Below are positions 20,232 to 29,284 of a DNA stretch of 64,000 nucleotides, one piece after another. This DNA is from Alistipes sp. (GTDB lineage: Bacteria; Bacteroidota; Bacteroidia; Bacteroidales; Rikenellaceae). Where the stretch lies: contig JAGBIC010000028.1 in assembly GCA_017935185.1 (NCBI GenBank), forward strand, positions 4,438-68,437. The letters are read 5' to 3'. The position numbers and the translations under genes are program-made. Numbering within the stretch: position 1 is the first letter of the stretch; each line of letters starts with the position of its first letter. The notes under the pieces were generated by a model. The model was not told where the DNA came from and searched no databases. It saw only the letters and a list, made by a program, of their open reading frames with translations.

Positions 20232-21887
20232 CTATAAGAATAACATCAAAATAACCTGTGCCAATATCACTCGCATAAACATCGATAGCGGGTATACCGT
20301 AGCATAGGCTACCGATGCATGTTCGCCTTCGATGTTCTCATTGGCATAGTTTAATGCCATGGGGTTTGCCATTGAACCACACAACATACCGCAGGCCGAA
20401 CCGAAATCGACTTTTGCCCACCGCAGGGCGGCCATACCTACTATCATAACGGGTATGATAGTTATCAAAAAGCCCAGTATAAGCCACAGTAATCCTGTGG
20501 AACTTACGACAGTTTCAAAGAAGCCCCCTCCCGAACTCAGTCCAAGACATGCCAGATATAGCGAAAGACCGAACCCGCGCAACATAAGGTTGGCACTGCG
20601 TGTCGCATAAGTTATAAGGTGCAGGCGTGGGCCATAGGTTCCGATGAGTATTCCAACGATTATAGGACCACCTGCCAGCCCCAACTTCACCGGCATGCCT
20701 ACCCCCGGCAGAACCAAAGGAATTGAACCCAAAACAAGACCCAAAACCATTCCTATATATATAGACGTAAGATTCGGTTCGTTTAACTCCTTCTCGGCAT
20801 TGCCCAACACCTTCTCAACTTTAAGTACGGCGCGCTCGCCACCGACCACAACCACACAGTCGCCTAGTTGAAGTACCAAATCTGGAGTGGCCAGCAATGA
20901 TACTCCGCTGCGATAGATGCGGCTGATGTTGATTCCGTAGTTGTTGCGCAGGCGTAGTGAACCGAGGTGTTTGCCGTTAATCTCGGGGCGGGTGATTACT
21001 ATCTGACGCGAAACGAGTTGGCTGTCAAGAGCGTTCCAGTCGACATTGTCGCTGTTCCAATCAATGCTCTCGCGCGAGCCAATCATGGCCTCGAGACTGT
21101 CCATGTTTTTGCGAGAGGTAACAGCCAGCACTCTATCGCCCTCCATTAGCACAGTTTCATTTGTGGGAAGCAATACCTTACCGTTGCGCCACATTCGTGA
21201 TATTACGAAAGGTACGTGTACAAGTTCTGAAACGGTGTGGAGGTCGCGACCGAAGATTCCAGGATTCTGTACGCGCAGAGTTGCCAGATAGGTGTTGTTT
21301 ACGTGTTGTTCGTTCGGGCCTGCAATATCGTTGGGACGAACCCAAAATTTATTTATAGTTACTATGGCCAGAATAACTCCCAGCACGCCCAGCGGATATG
21401 TCACTGCACATCCTGTGGCGGCAGAGGTAGATGATAAGCCCATCTGCGAGAGAATCTGTTGCGATGCTCCAAGCGCAGGAGTGTTGGTTGTCGCTCCGCA
21501 GAGCACTCCGACCATATCATCAATCGGTAGCGAGAAGGCATAGCTGAATCCCACAGCCATAATTGTGCCGAGCAGAATCACTGCCAGACCGAGGATGTTG
21601 AGCTTAAGTCCGCCTGAACGGAAGGCGCTCATAAAGCCAGGGCCTACCTGTACTCCCAACGAATAGACGAACAGCACCAAACCGAAGTTCTGTGCAAAGA
21701 GCAACATCTGCTCGTCGATACTCACTCCGAAGTGGCCGGCCAAAATGCCGGCGAAAAAGACGAATGTAACGCCGAGTGATATGCCGAATATTCTGATTTT
21801 GCCAAAGATAAGTCCTATGGCACAAATCAGCGAGAGGATGACAACCGCCTGAAGCGAGGAGTGTGTCAGAAAGAGCGATTCAAACAT
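20232..21887 (-). CDS. AspT/YidE/YbjL family transporter with TrkA-C domains
   Basis: GLVLFVYSLGVQVGPGF, GATTNTPALG and YATVYP motifs; duplicated TM halves around a soluble region. Confidence 0.9.
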   Translation of the reverse strand: MFESLFLTHSSLQAVVILSLICAIGLIFGKIRIFGISLGVTFVFFAGILAGHFGVSIDEQMLLFAQNFGLVLFVYSLGVQVGPGFMSAFRSGGLKLNILGLAVILLGTIMAVGFSYAFSLPIDDMVGVLCGATTNTPALGASQQILSQMGLSSTSAATGCAVTYPLGVLGVILAIVTINKFWVRPNDIAGPNEQHVNNTYLATLRVQNPGIFGRDLHTVSELVHVPFVISRMWRNGKVLLPTNETVLMEGDRVLAVTSRKNMDSLEAMIGSRESIDWNSDNVDWNALDSQLVSRQIVITRPEINGKHLGSLRLRNNYGINISRIYRSGVSLLATPDLVLQLGDCVVVVGGERAVLKVEKVLGNAEKELNEPNLTSIYIGMVLGLVLGSIPLVLPGVGMPVKLGLAGGPIIVGILIGTYGPRLHLITYATRSANLMLRGFGLSLYLACLGLSSGGGFFETVVSSTGLLWLILGFLITIIPVMIVGMAALRWAKVDFGSACGMLCGSMANPMALNYANENIEGEHASVAYATVYPLSMFMRVILAQVILMLFL

Positions 21888-21929
21888 GGTTATTATGACT
21901 TACAATAGTCGGAAAAAACGTTTGATAGC

Positions 21930-23987
21930 CTATTTTAAATCCATCTCAGAAAGCAGGTATCCTGCTCCGCCAATACGGTCGATAACGAATAATACATAGC
22001 GGATATCAACCGAAATATTACGACAGATTGTCGGGTCGAACTCCATGTCACTCATCGTAGAGCGCCATGTACGGTCGAAGTTGATACCAATCAATTCGCC
22101 CTTGCCATTGATTATGGGTGAGCCCGAGTTACCACCAGAAGTGTGGTTTGTGGCCAAGAAGCATACGGGCACCGAGTAGCGACCATGAATCTCCTCGCCC
22201 CAGCGACCATAATCTTTCTTGGCGTAAATGTCACGCAAAGACTGCGGGATGTCGTAGTCGTAGATGTTGGGGTCATCTTTGGCGATTATACCATCGATGG
22301 TCGAAACGGGATGGTGATACTCGGCATCGGCGTATTCGTAACCTGCCACAGTACCATAAGCTACTCGCAGTGTGAAATTTGCATCGGGGTAGAATGCTCG
22401 CTCTTTGTCCCATTCGCGCAGAGCCTGCATGTAGGGTCGGTACCACTTCTCCACAGCAGGAATGTTGCTCAGGTTGCGATAGCTGACAGTCGCATTTTGC
22501 TTGCGAATGTCCTGAAACATTTGTGCAAACTCAATCATCACATCGTTTGCCACCTCTTCAACCTTAATCTCATTGTCGAGCAATTTGGTGTTGTCGAACA
22601 GATAATCAATATAGGAGGTAATACCACATTTCTCCTCGTATGCTTTTGTAAATGCAGCGGGAATCTGCTCCTCGGGCATGCGTTTGAGGAATTCGTTAAT
22701 CATTTTGTGGGCAATTGCTCTGTCGATATCTACCGAGTAGTTTTTCATAAAGTTTGCGTGCAAAGAGCTAAGGGCGTTGGCAAATGTCTTATCGTCCTTA
22801 CTGCGACTCTTGAGATTTGCAACTTGCAGCGCGAAGTTTACAGCCTCGATAGCACCAACCGATTCTGTGTAGAGTTCACGCACATAATAGAGTGGTGTAA
22901 CGGCTTTGTAGGCGGCGCGCATCGAATCTATCAAGTGTGCGTATTCGGGCTTTGATGCTGCCCATGTGGTAAATTCCTGCTCGTAAGCTTGTTTCTTGCT
23001 TACAGTGCCAAGACGGTTAAGGCCCATCACCTCTCCCTGCCATTTCTTCCATGCGTTGGCAATTGATGCGTGCTTTGAGGCGTATTGTATACGCACCTTT
23101 GCGCTCTTTGCCTGCTCGGCCTCGATAATCTCGAGTCGCTGGGTGCGCAACTCAATCTTCATGGGGTCTGAAACCTCGGCTACATATTTCACAGCATCAG
23201 ATGTAACATACTCCTGAGTATTGCCGGGGAAACCGTAAATCATTGTGAAATCGCCTTCGCCAACACCTTTGGTGGATACGGTGAAGTGACGCTTCGGAGT
23301 GTAGGGCTTATTCTCCTTCGAGTATGTTGCGGGCTTGTTGTCCTTGTCGGCGTATACGCGGAATATTGAAAAGTCGCCTGTGTGGCGGGGCCAAATCCAG
23401 TTGTCGGTGTCGCCGCCAAACTTACCAATAGATGAGGGGGGCGCTCCAACAAGGCGCACATCGCGAAACGTCTGATATACGAAGAGGAACTGCTGGTTGC
23501 CGTAATACATCTGTTCGATAGATGCGCTGTAACCATCACCCTGCTTTGCTTGAGCAATAATATCTTCGCGCTTTTCGCCTGCCGCAAGACGCTCGGTAAC
23601 ATCTTCCATACGCACCAGAAGGCTTACCGAAAGACCCGGAACGGGAAGCTCTTCGCCGCGCGACATGGCCCAGAAACCATAGGTTAGATAGTCGTGCTCA
23701 ACAGATGACAGCTGTTGAATCGAGCCGTAACCGCAGTGGTGGTTTGTCAGCAGCAAACCTTCGGCTGAAACAAATTCGCCGGTACATCCGCCGCCAAACT
23801 GCACTACGGCATCTTTGAGCGAAGCCTTGTTTATTGAGTAGATATCCTCTGCTTTTAGGCGAAAACCCTTGCTGCGCATATCCTTTATTCTAGAACCGAT
23901 GAGGCTCGGTAACCACATGCCCTCGTCAGCATTTGCTGAGAGCAGGCTAAAGCACATCAGAGTGCCGATCAACAATTTTTTAATCAT
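21930..23987 (-). CDS. S46 dipeptidyl peptidase (DPP11-like)
   Basis: DEGMW, TNHHC and GGNSGSP motifs; GINFDR carries an Arg at the S1 position. Confidence 0.92.
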   Translation of the reverse strand: MIKKLLIGTLMCFSLLSANADEGMWLPSLIGSRIKDMRSKGFRLKAEDIYSINKASLKDAVVQFGGGCTGEFVSAEGLLLTNHHCGYGSIQQLSSVEHDYLTYGFWAMSRGEELPVPGLSVSLLVRMEDVTERLAAGEKREDIIAQAKQGDGYSASIEQMYYGNQQFLFVYQTFRDVRLVGAPPSSIGKFGGDTDNWIWPRHTGDFSIFRVYADKDNKPATYSKENKPYTPKRHFTVSTKGVGEGDFTMIYGFPGNTQEYVTSDAVKYVAEVSDPMKIELRTQRLEIIEAEQAKSAKVRIQYASKHASIANAWKKWQGEVMGLNRLGTVSKKQAYEQEFTTWAASKPEYAHLIDSMRAAYKAVTPLYYVRELYTESVGAIEAVNFALQVANLKSRSKDDKTFANALSSLHANFMKNYSVDIDRAIAHKMINEFLKRMPEEQIPAAFTKAYEEKCGITSYIDYLFDNTKLLDNEIKVEEVANDVMIEFAQMFQDIRKQNATVSYRNLSNIPAVEKWYRPYMQALREWDKERAFYPDANFTLRVAYGTVAGYEYADAEYHHPVSTIDGIIAKDDPNIYDYDIPQSLRDIYAKKDYGRWGEEIHGRYSVPVCFLATNHTSGGNSGSPIINGKGELIGINFDRTWRSTMSDMEFDPTICRNISVDIRYVLFVIDRIGGAGYLLSEMDLK

Positions 23988-24084
23988 ATCGTATGGTATT
24001 GTTTAATTCTTAAGGCAAAAGTATGCAAATAAGTGAAAATATACCTATATTTGCGCCACAAATTACATCAAAAATCCTAAAAAA

Positions 24085-26550
24085 ATGAGAAAACTATTAT
24101 TTTCTGCTATGATGATGTGCTTGGCATTCGCAGCATGTTCATCATACGAGCAGGTGCAGAACGATTTGCGTGCCCCTGCCTATCCGTTGATTACTATCGA
24201 TCCCTACACCTCGGCTTGGTCACCCACCGATAATCTTTATGATAGTCAGGTTATGCACTGGACCGAGAAGAATTTCCCCTTCCTTGGCACTTTGCGTGTA
24301 GATGGTAAGTTGTACCGTTTCATGGGTCAGGAGCAGCCCGCAATTTCTGCTTTGGCACCTATGTCTGTAGAGGAGCCTTGGTTTGGCCGTTACACTTTCG
24401 AGAAGCCTCGTGGTGATAAGTGGATTGAGCCCGATTTCAACGACAAGAGTTGGAAGGAGGGTGAGGCAGCATTTGGTCTGCACGCCACAAATGTAAAGAC
24501 TCGCTGGGCAACAAAAGATATATGGGTACGCCGTGTTGTTGAGATTGACCCCGCCGAGATGGAGAACCACAAGATCTTTGTACTCTACTCTCACGATGAT
24601 AACTTTGAGTTGTATATCAACGGCGACAAGATTATTGATACAGGTAATGCTGCTCGCGAGAATGTCCTTCAGGAGATTCCTGCCGAGATTATCGCCAAGG
24701 CAAACGGCAAGTTTACCATTGCAGCACATTGCTATAATGGCCCCGGTAATGCGTTGGTTGATTTCGGTATCTACAAGCAGGCGAACGACGCCGTTGTTAT
24801 GGAGCAGACTGCCCAGCAGAAGGGTGTAGATGTTCAGGCTACCCGTACTATCTACGATTTTGCTTGCGGCCCCGTTGATTTGAAGCTCACATTCATGGCT
24901 CCTTTGTTCCTTGAGGATTTGGAGCTGGTATCTCGCCCCGTAAACTATGTTACCTACGAGGTTAAGTCTAACGATGGTGCCGAGCATGATGTTGAGGTAT
25001 TCTTTGAGGCCAGCGCCGATTGGGCTCGCAACATGCCTACGCAGAAGAGCAAGAGTGAGGCTTTTGCCGACGACAAGTTCAACTATGTTAAGTCGGGAAC
25101 GGAGTCACAGAAGGTGTTGGGTCACCGTGGTGACGATATCCGTATCGATTGGGGATATTTCTATATGGCTGCCGACAAGGCTACCAACAATGGCGTAGGT
25201 GATGCGGTTGCTATGCGTAAGGCTTTTGCCGAGAAGGGTGAGGTTGCTTCAGCAGGCGAGGGCACCCAGATGGCTATGGCCAAGCAGTTGGGCAAGGTTG
25301 GCACAAAGGCTGTAAGCAGCTATATTATGGTTGGTTACGACGATATCTACTCAATTCAGTACTTCGGCGAAAATATCCGTCCTTACTGGAATCGTAATTC
25401 AGACAGCTCTATCGAGAAGCAGTTCGCATTGGCTGCCGAGCAGTACAGTTCGCTTGTTAAGCGTTGCGAGAAGTTTGATGCCGAGCTTATGCATGATGCC
25501 ATCGAGGTCGGCGGTAAGCACTATGCCGACATGTGTGCTTTGGCATACCGCCAGGCTATTGCTGCTCACAAGCTAATCGAGACTCCGCAGGGTGAGCTTG
25601 CATGGCTTTCAAAGGAGAATAACTCTAACGGTTCAATCGGCACTGTAGATGTTACCTATCCTTCAGCACCCATGTTCCTGTATTATAACCCCGAGCTTGC
25701 AAAGGGTCTGCTTAACTTCATATTCTACTACTCAGAGAGTGGTAAGTGGAAGAAGCCTTTCGCTGCTCACGACGTAGGTACTTATCCTTTGGCCAACGGC
25801 CAGACTTATGGTGGTGATATGCCCGTTGAGGAGTGTGGTAATATGTTGATTCTTACCGGTGCCATCTGTAAGATGGAGGGCAAAGCCGACTATGCTCTCA
25901 AACATTGGGATGTGCTTACCACATGGACCGATTATTTGGTTGAGAATGGTGGCGACCCCGCAAATCAGCTCTGTACCGATGACTTTGCAGGTCACTGGGC
26001 GCGCAACGCCAACCTTGCAATCAAGGCTATTGTAGGTATTGCAGCTTATGGTGATATTGCCAAGATGGCCGGCAAGAATGATGTTGCCGAGAAGTATACC
26101 GCTAAGGCTAAGGAGATGGCTGCCGAGTGGAAGAAGATGGCAGCACAGGGTGATCACTATCGTCTTACTTTCGACGAGGGTGACACTTGGAGTCAGAAGT
26201 ATAATCTTGTATGGGACAAGATGTTGGGTTACAATGTATTTGATGCTGACATCGCTCCTGCCGAGATTGCTTACTATCTGACCAAGCAGAATGAGTATGG
26301 TCTGCCTTTGGATTGCCGTCGTGGCTACACCAAGTCGGATTGGATTATGTGGAGCGCAACAATGGCTGCCGACAAGGCTACCTTCGAGAAGTTTATGGCT
26401 CCTCTGCACAAGTACTACTGTGAGACTACCGACCGCGTTCCTATGAGCGACTGGACAAATACCGATGCCAAAACCCGTGCCGGTTTCAAGGCTCGCTCGG
26501 TTGTAGGCGGTTATTGGATTAAGCTCCTTGACGAGAAGAAACTCAAGTAA
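24085..26550 (+). CDS. Glutaminase A-like (DUF4964/DUF5127/DUF4965) lipoprotein
   Basis: RAPAYPLITIDPYTSAWS, RIDWGY, SKENNSNG and CTDDFAG motifs; lipobox FAAC. Confidence 0.88.
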   Translation: MRKLLFSAMMMCLAFAACSSYEQVQNDLRAPAYPLITIDPYTSAWSPTDNLYDSQVMHWTEKNFPFLGTLRVDGKLYRFMGQEQPAISALAPMSVEEPWFGRYTFEKPRGDKWIEPDFNDKSWKEGEAAFGLHATNVKTRWATKDIWVRRVVEIDPAEMENHKIFVLYSHDDNFELYINGDKIIDTGNAARENVLQEIPAEIIAKANGKFTIAAHCYNGPGNALVDFGIYKQANDAVVMEQTAQQKGVDVQATRTIYDFACGPVDLKLTFMAPLFLEDLELVSRPVNYVTYEVKSNDGAEHDVEVFFEASADWARNMPTQKSKSEAFADDKFNYVKSGTESQKVLGHRGDDIRIDWGYFYMAADKATNNGVGDAVAMRKAFAEKGEVASAGEGTQMAMAKQLGKVGTKAVSSYIMVGYDDIYSIQYFGENIRPYWNRNSDSSIEKQFALAAEQYSSLVKRCEKFDAELMHDAIEVGGKHYADMCALAYRQAIAAHKLIETPQGELAWLSKENNSNGSIGTVDVTYPSAPMFLYYNPELAKGLLNFIFYYSESGKWKKPFAAHDVGTYPLANGQTYGGDMPVEECGNMLILTGAICKMEGKADYALKHWDVLTTWTDYLVENGGDPANQLCTDDFAGHWARNANLAIKAIVGIAAYGDIAKMAGKNDVAEKYTAKAKEMAAEWKKMAAQGDHYRLTFDEGDTWSQKYNLVWDKMLGYNVFDADIAPAEIAYYLTKQNEYGLPLDCRRGYTKSDWIMWSATMAADKATFEKFMAPLHKYYCETTDRVPMSDWTNTDAKTRAGFKARSVVGGYWIKLLDEKKLK

Positions 26551-26656
26551 GATTCATTTAATTTAGAATAGTAGAATCGCTACTCCTTTGCGGATAGGTC
26601 TTTTAATTTTTAACTGATTGATTTTTAGTGTTGGTTTTTACGAAAATTGCGAAATC

Positions 26657-26673
26657 CTACATAGAAGACTACA
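26657..26673 (+). repeat. Subterminal direct repeat, left copy (arm-site-like)
   Basis: CTACATAGAAGACTACA, 16/17 identical to 29052-29068. Confidence 0.8.
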
Positions 26674-26893
26674 TGGAGGTCGAAATTAGCCCCAAAAGCC
26701 ACGAGTGCAAATGTGCATAAACTTTTGGAAGTAAAGCACTGAAATCAAGCATCTTCCAAAGATGCATTGCGAATAAATAAAAGTGGCGTATGAGAGAACT
26801 GCAAGGTTCACTACATACGCCACTGTTGTTTTAATTTAAAAGATTGCAGAATCTCTATACATAAGAAATATGAACATTATCCGAAATAATTGC

Positions 26894-26901
26894 TAACTTT
26901 G
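26894..26901 (+). promoter_or_regulatory. Bacteroidetes -7 promoter element for the rSAM gene
   Basis: TAACTTTG matches TAnnTTTG, 40 bp upstream of the ATG. Confidence 0.6.
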
Positions 26902-26940
26902 TAAGTGGTAATTATTTTGTGGATGATAAATCTTATATAA

Positions 26941-28449
26941 ATGAACTATTATAGACCAGAATGGACATGTGGACGATATAACCCGAAACATCATGTGGCA
27001 TTGATGTATAACCTTATTGAAGGAGTTAGTTTCTTTTTTGAGGCTGAATCTGCTCTGATTGTGGGTATAATATTATCTCATTCTCGCAATGATAAAATAG
27101 ATATAGAAAAAATATTATCGCAATGTAACATAGAAAGTTCTATTATATTTGAGTTCTTAGAAGAACTATATTGTGCTGGTTTATTATCAAAACAGTTACC
27201 TACTCCTCAAATAATTGAAAATTACAGAATTGCTTTCATGATCAATAGTGTAAATGATTCTGCTGAAAGTGACAAATCAGAACATGTCAGTGAAGCTGAA
27301 GATGATTACAATAATGCCATAAAAGAGGATTCTTTATGCAGTGCGGTGATAGAGCTAACATATAAATGCTCTGCACAATGCATACATTGTTATAATCCAG
27401 GTGCAACGAGAAATAGCACTGAAGTTGATCGCAGAAAGTTATCTGACGAGCTAAATTTAAAAGAATACAAAAAAATAATAGACGAATTGTATAACCTTGG
27501 ATGTTATAAAGTTACATTAACCGGTGGAGACCCATTTTCAAAACCTATAATTTGGAATATTATACAATATCTATATGACAAAGACATTGCTTTTGATGTT
27601 TACACCAATGGCATACATATAGAAAAAGAAGTTCAACGACTTATCAAGTATTATCCTAAATCTATCTCTATAAGTTTGTACAGCGGGATAGCAAAAGACC
27701 ATGAATTCATAACTAGGGTAAAAGGTTCTTTTGACAAGACCCTTTCTACTATTGAACAAATATCAAGTTTTGGCATTCCTCTAATTTTGAAATGCTGTAT
27801 TATGAGACCAAATATCAAGTCTTACTATTTGGTGGAAAACATAGCTCATAAATACTCCGCTGCCGTACAATTTGAAGTGTCTTTGCAAGACTCTTTGGAT
27901 GGAGATCACTGTGTTAGCACATTTTTACAATTACCACAAGAAATGCTTGAAATTGTGCTACGCGATAAAAGAGTTCCTCTCTATGTTGGAATTGAAAAGG
28001 AAAATTATGGCGCAATTAAAAGAACCGCTACTGACAAAACTTGCCATGCGGGGGAAACCACACTTTGTATAACCCCCAATGGCAACATTCAATTATGCGT
28101 AGCCTTCCCAATGATTCTAGGCAATGTAAAAGAGCAGACTATTAAAGAAATATTAACAGATAATGTTCTTTTAAAAGAATGGATCCAAACATCTTTAAAT
28201 GACTTTGAGGATTGCAGCAGGAAAGAATATTGTGAATATTGTGTAATATGTGCTGGTTGTAATTTTGTGGCAAATAAAACATATTTAAAGGCGTGCAGTA
28301 ATAATTGTTTTATTGCTCAATGTAGATATAAACTGGCTGAAAAACTTAAGAAAGGATACGATCCATTGAGGGGGAGAGATGTTATTGACTGCTTGTCAGA
28401 ATTTGACAATTCAATTCCTATTTTAAAAAGAATTACACATAATGGGTAA
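26941..28449 (+). CDS. Radical SAM/SPASM-domain peptide maturase-like protein
   Basis: CSAQCIHC, TGGDPF and a Cys-rich SPASM C-terminus (CHAG...GNIQLC...C..CEYCVICAGC...C...C). The ~130-aa N-terminal extension is consistent with an RRE/PqqD-like domain. Confidence 0.9.
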   Translation: MNYYRPEWTCGRYNPKHHVALMYNLIEGVSFFFEAESALIVGIILSHSRNDKIDIEKILSQCNIESSIIFEFLEELYCAGLLSKQLPTPQIIENYRIAFMINSVNDSAESDKSEHVSEAEDDYNNAIKEDSLCSAVIELTYKCSAQCIHCYNPGATRNSTEVDRRKLSDELNLKEYKKIIDELYNLGCYKVTLTGGDPFSKPIIWNIIQYLYDKDIAFDVYTNGIHIEKEVQRLIKYYPKSISISLYSGIAKDHEFITRVKGSFDKTLSTIEQISSFGIPLILKCCIMRPNIKSYYLVENIAHKYSAAVQFEVSLQDSLDGDHCVSTFLQLPQEMLEIVLRDKRVPLYVGIEKENYGAIKRTATDKTCHAGETTLCITPNGNIQLCVAFPMILGNVKEQTIKEILTDNVLLKEWIQTSLNDFEDCSRKEYCEYCVICAGCNFVANKTYLKACSNNCFIAQCRYKLAEKLKKGYDPLRGRDVIDCLSEFDNSIPILKRITHNG

Positions 28450-28501
28450 ATGGAATGCCCAATTAAACTATTCCTTTTTACTTATAACATTATTAACCGA
28501 T

Positions 28502-28585
28502 ATGTTGAAAATTAGCAAAAAATCCAAAGTAGTTACGAAAGTTCACATGGCAGATTGTTACGAGTCTGGTGGTATCTTTCATTAA
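28502..28585 (+). CDS. Putative RiPP precursor peptide, 27 aa: MLKISKKSKVVTKVHMADCYESGGIFH
   Basis: Hand-translated; below the ORF-track cutoff. Starts 52 bp after the rSAM stop, has an AT-rich leader and is followed by a 13-bp hairpin. Confidence 0.65.
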   Translation: MLKISKKSKVVTKVHMADCYESGGIFH

Positions 28586-28607
28586 ACAAAGAAATGCATC
28601 TAAAACA

Positions 28608-28639
28608 AATATATGCGCCCTAAATTGGGCGCATATATT
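28608..28639 (+). terminator. Terminator-like hairpin after the peptide ORF
   Basis: AATATATGCGCCC-taaatt-GGGCGCATATATT perfect stem, but with a weak U-tract. Confidence 0.6.
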
Positions 28640-28668
28640 ATAGGAAATAATTGAATTGCTGAAACTCT

Positions 28669-28929
28669 ATGAAAAAATACAAAAAACCGATATATTACAT
28701 TGGAACACAAATAGCAAGTAATTTAATGACGATTCGTGTTTATGTGGAGGAATATAACGAACTGCACAAATACGACTACATGGTTTGTTCTTTCGACAAA
28801 TTGGATATAATAAAAAGATTCGATGCGATAAAGAATCAGGTTTGTGCGATTTATGATTCTCCTGTAAACCATAACGAAGCATTGGCTCGATTAAAAGATT
28901 TTGATCCCAATTTTCCAATAGAAAAATAG
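28669..28929 (+). CDS. Hypothetical 86-aa protein on the island
   Basis: ATG-started ORF with the island's AT-rich composition; no recognisable motif. Confidence 0.55.
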   Translation: MKKYKKPIYYIGTQIASNLMTIRVYVEEYNELHKYDYMVCSFDKLDIIKRFDAIKNQVCAIYDSPVNHNEALARLKDFDPNFPIEK

Positions 28930-29051
28930 GAACAATAAGACCAATATTATAGGTTATAGCGTCCATAGAGTTTACTGGTAATCTATACACATCTATGTGT
29001 ATAGCTGCTACTTAAGTTATACCTGATAACACTAATTGATCTTAATTTAGA

Positions 29052-29068
29052 CTACATAGAAGGCTACA
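29052..29068 (+). repeat. Subterminal direct repeat, right copy
   Basis: CTACATAGAAGGCTACA. Confidence 0.8.
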
Positions 29069-29284
29069 AGCAAGGTGTGAAACCTGTTCACAATCTTTAT
29101 TTGCACAAAAAAGTCGTTTCATAATCCAACCAAATAATAGGCTGTCTATCAATAAAATAGGTGGTGAACAATGTTTCGTCGGCGAAAAAGTCCTTCCAAA
29201 CGGGGTGGTGATTTTTTTGTGTTTGGCTGTCGGATTTGTCTTGATGACTGAGGTGTTTGGTATGAAAATGGCAGAGTGGGGGGT

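Larger units (their letters stand above)
26587..29201. mobile_element. Putative non-autonomous integrative island inserted into a terminator
   Basis: AT-rich block flanked by split terminator halves (26575-26586 and 29202-29218). Imperfect terminal inverted repeats and a subterminal 17-bp direct repeat. No integrase inside. Confidence 0.7.

Noticed and set aside
26673-26720. 15-aa ORF MEVEISPKSHECKCA upstream of the rSAM gene as an alternative precursor
   Set aside because: It is very short, overlaps the end repeat and lies upstream of the rSAM promoter. The 27-aa downstream ORF has better context.
28667-28990. 107-aa minus-strand ORF on the island
   Set aside because: It fully overlaps the more plausible, co-oriented plus-strand 86-aa ORF.
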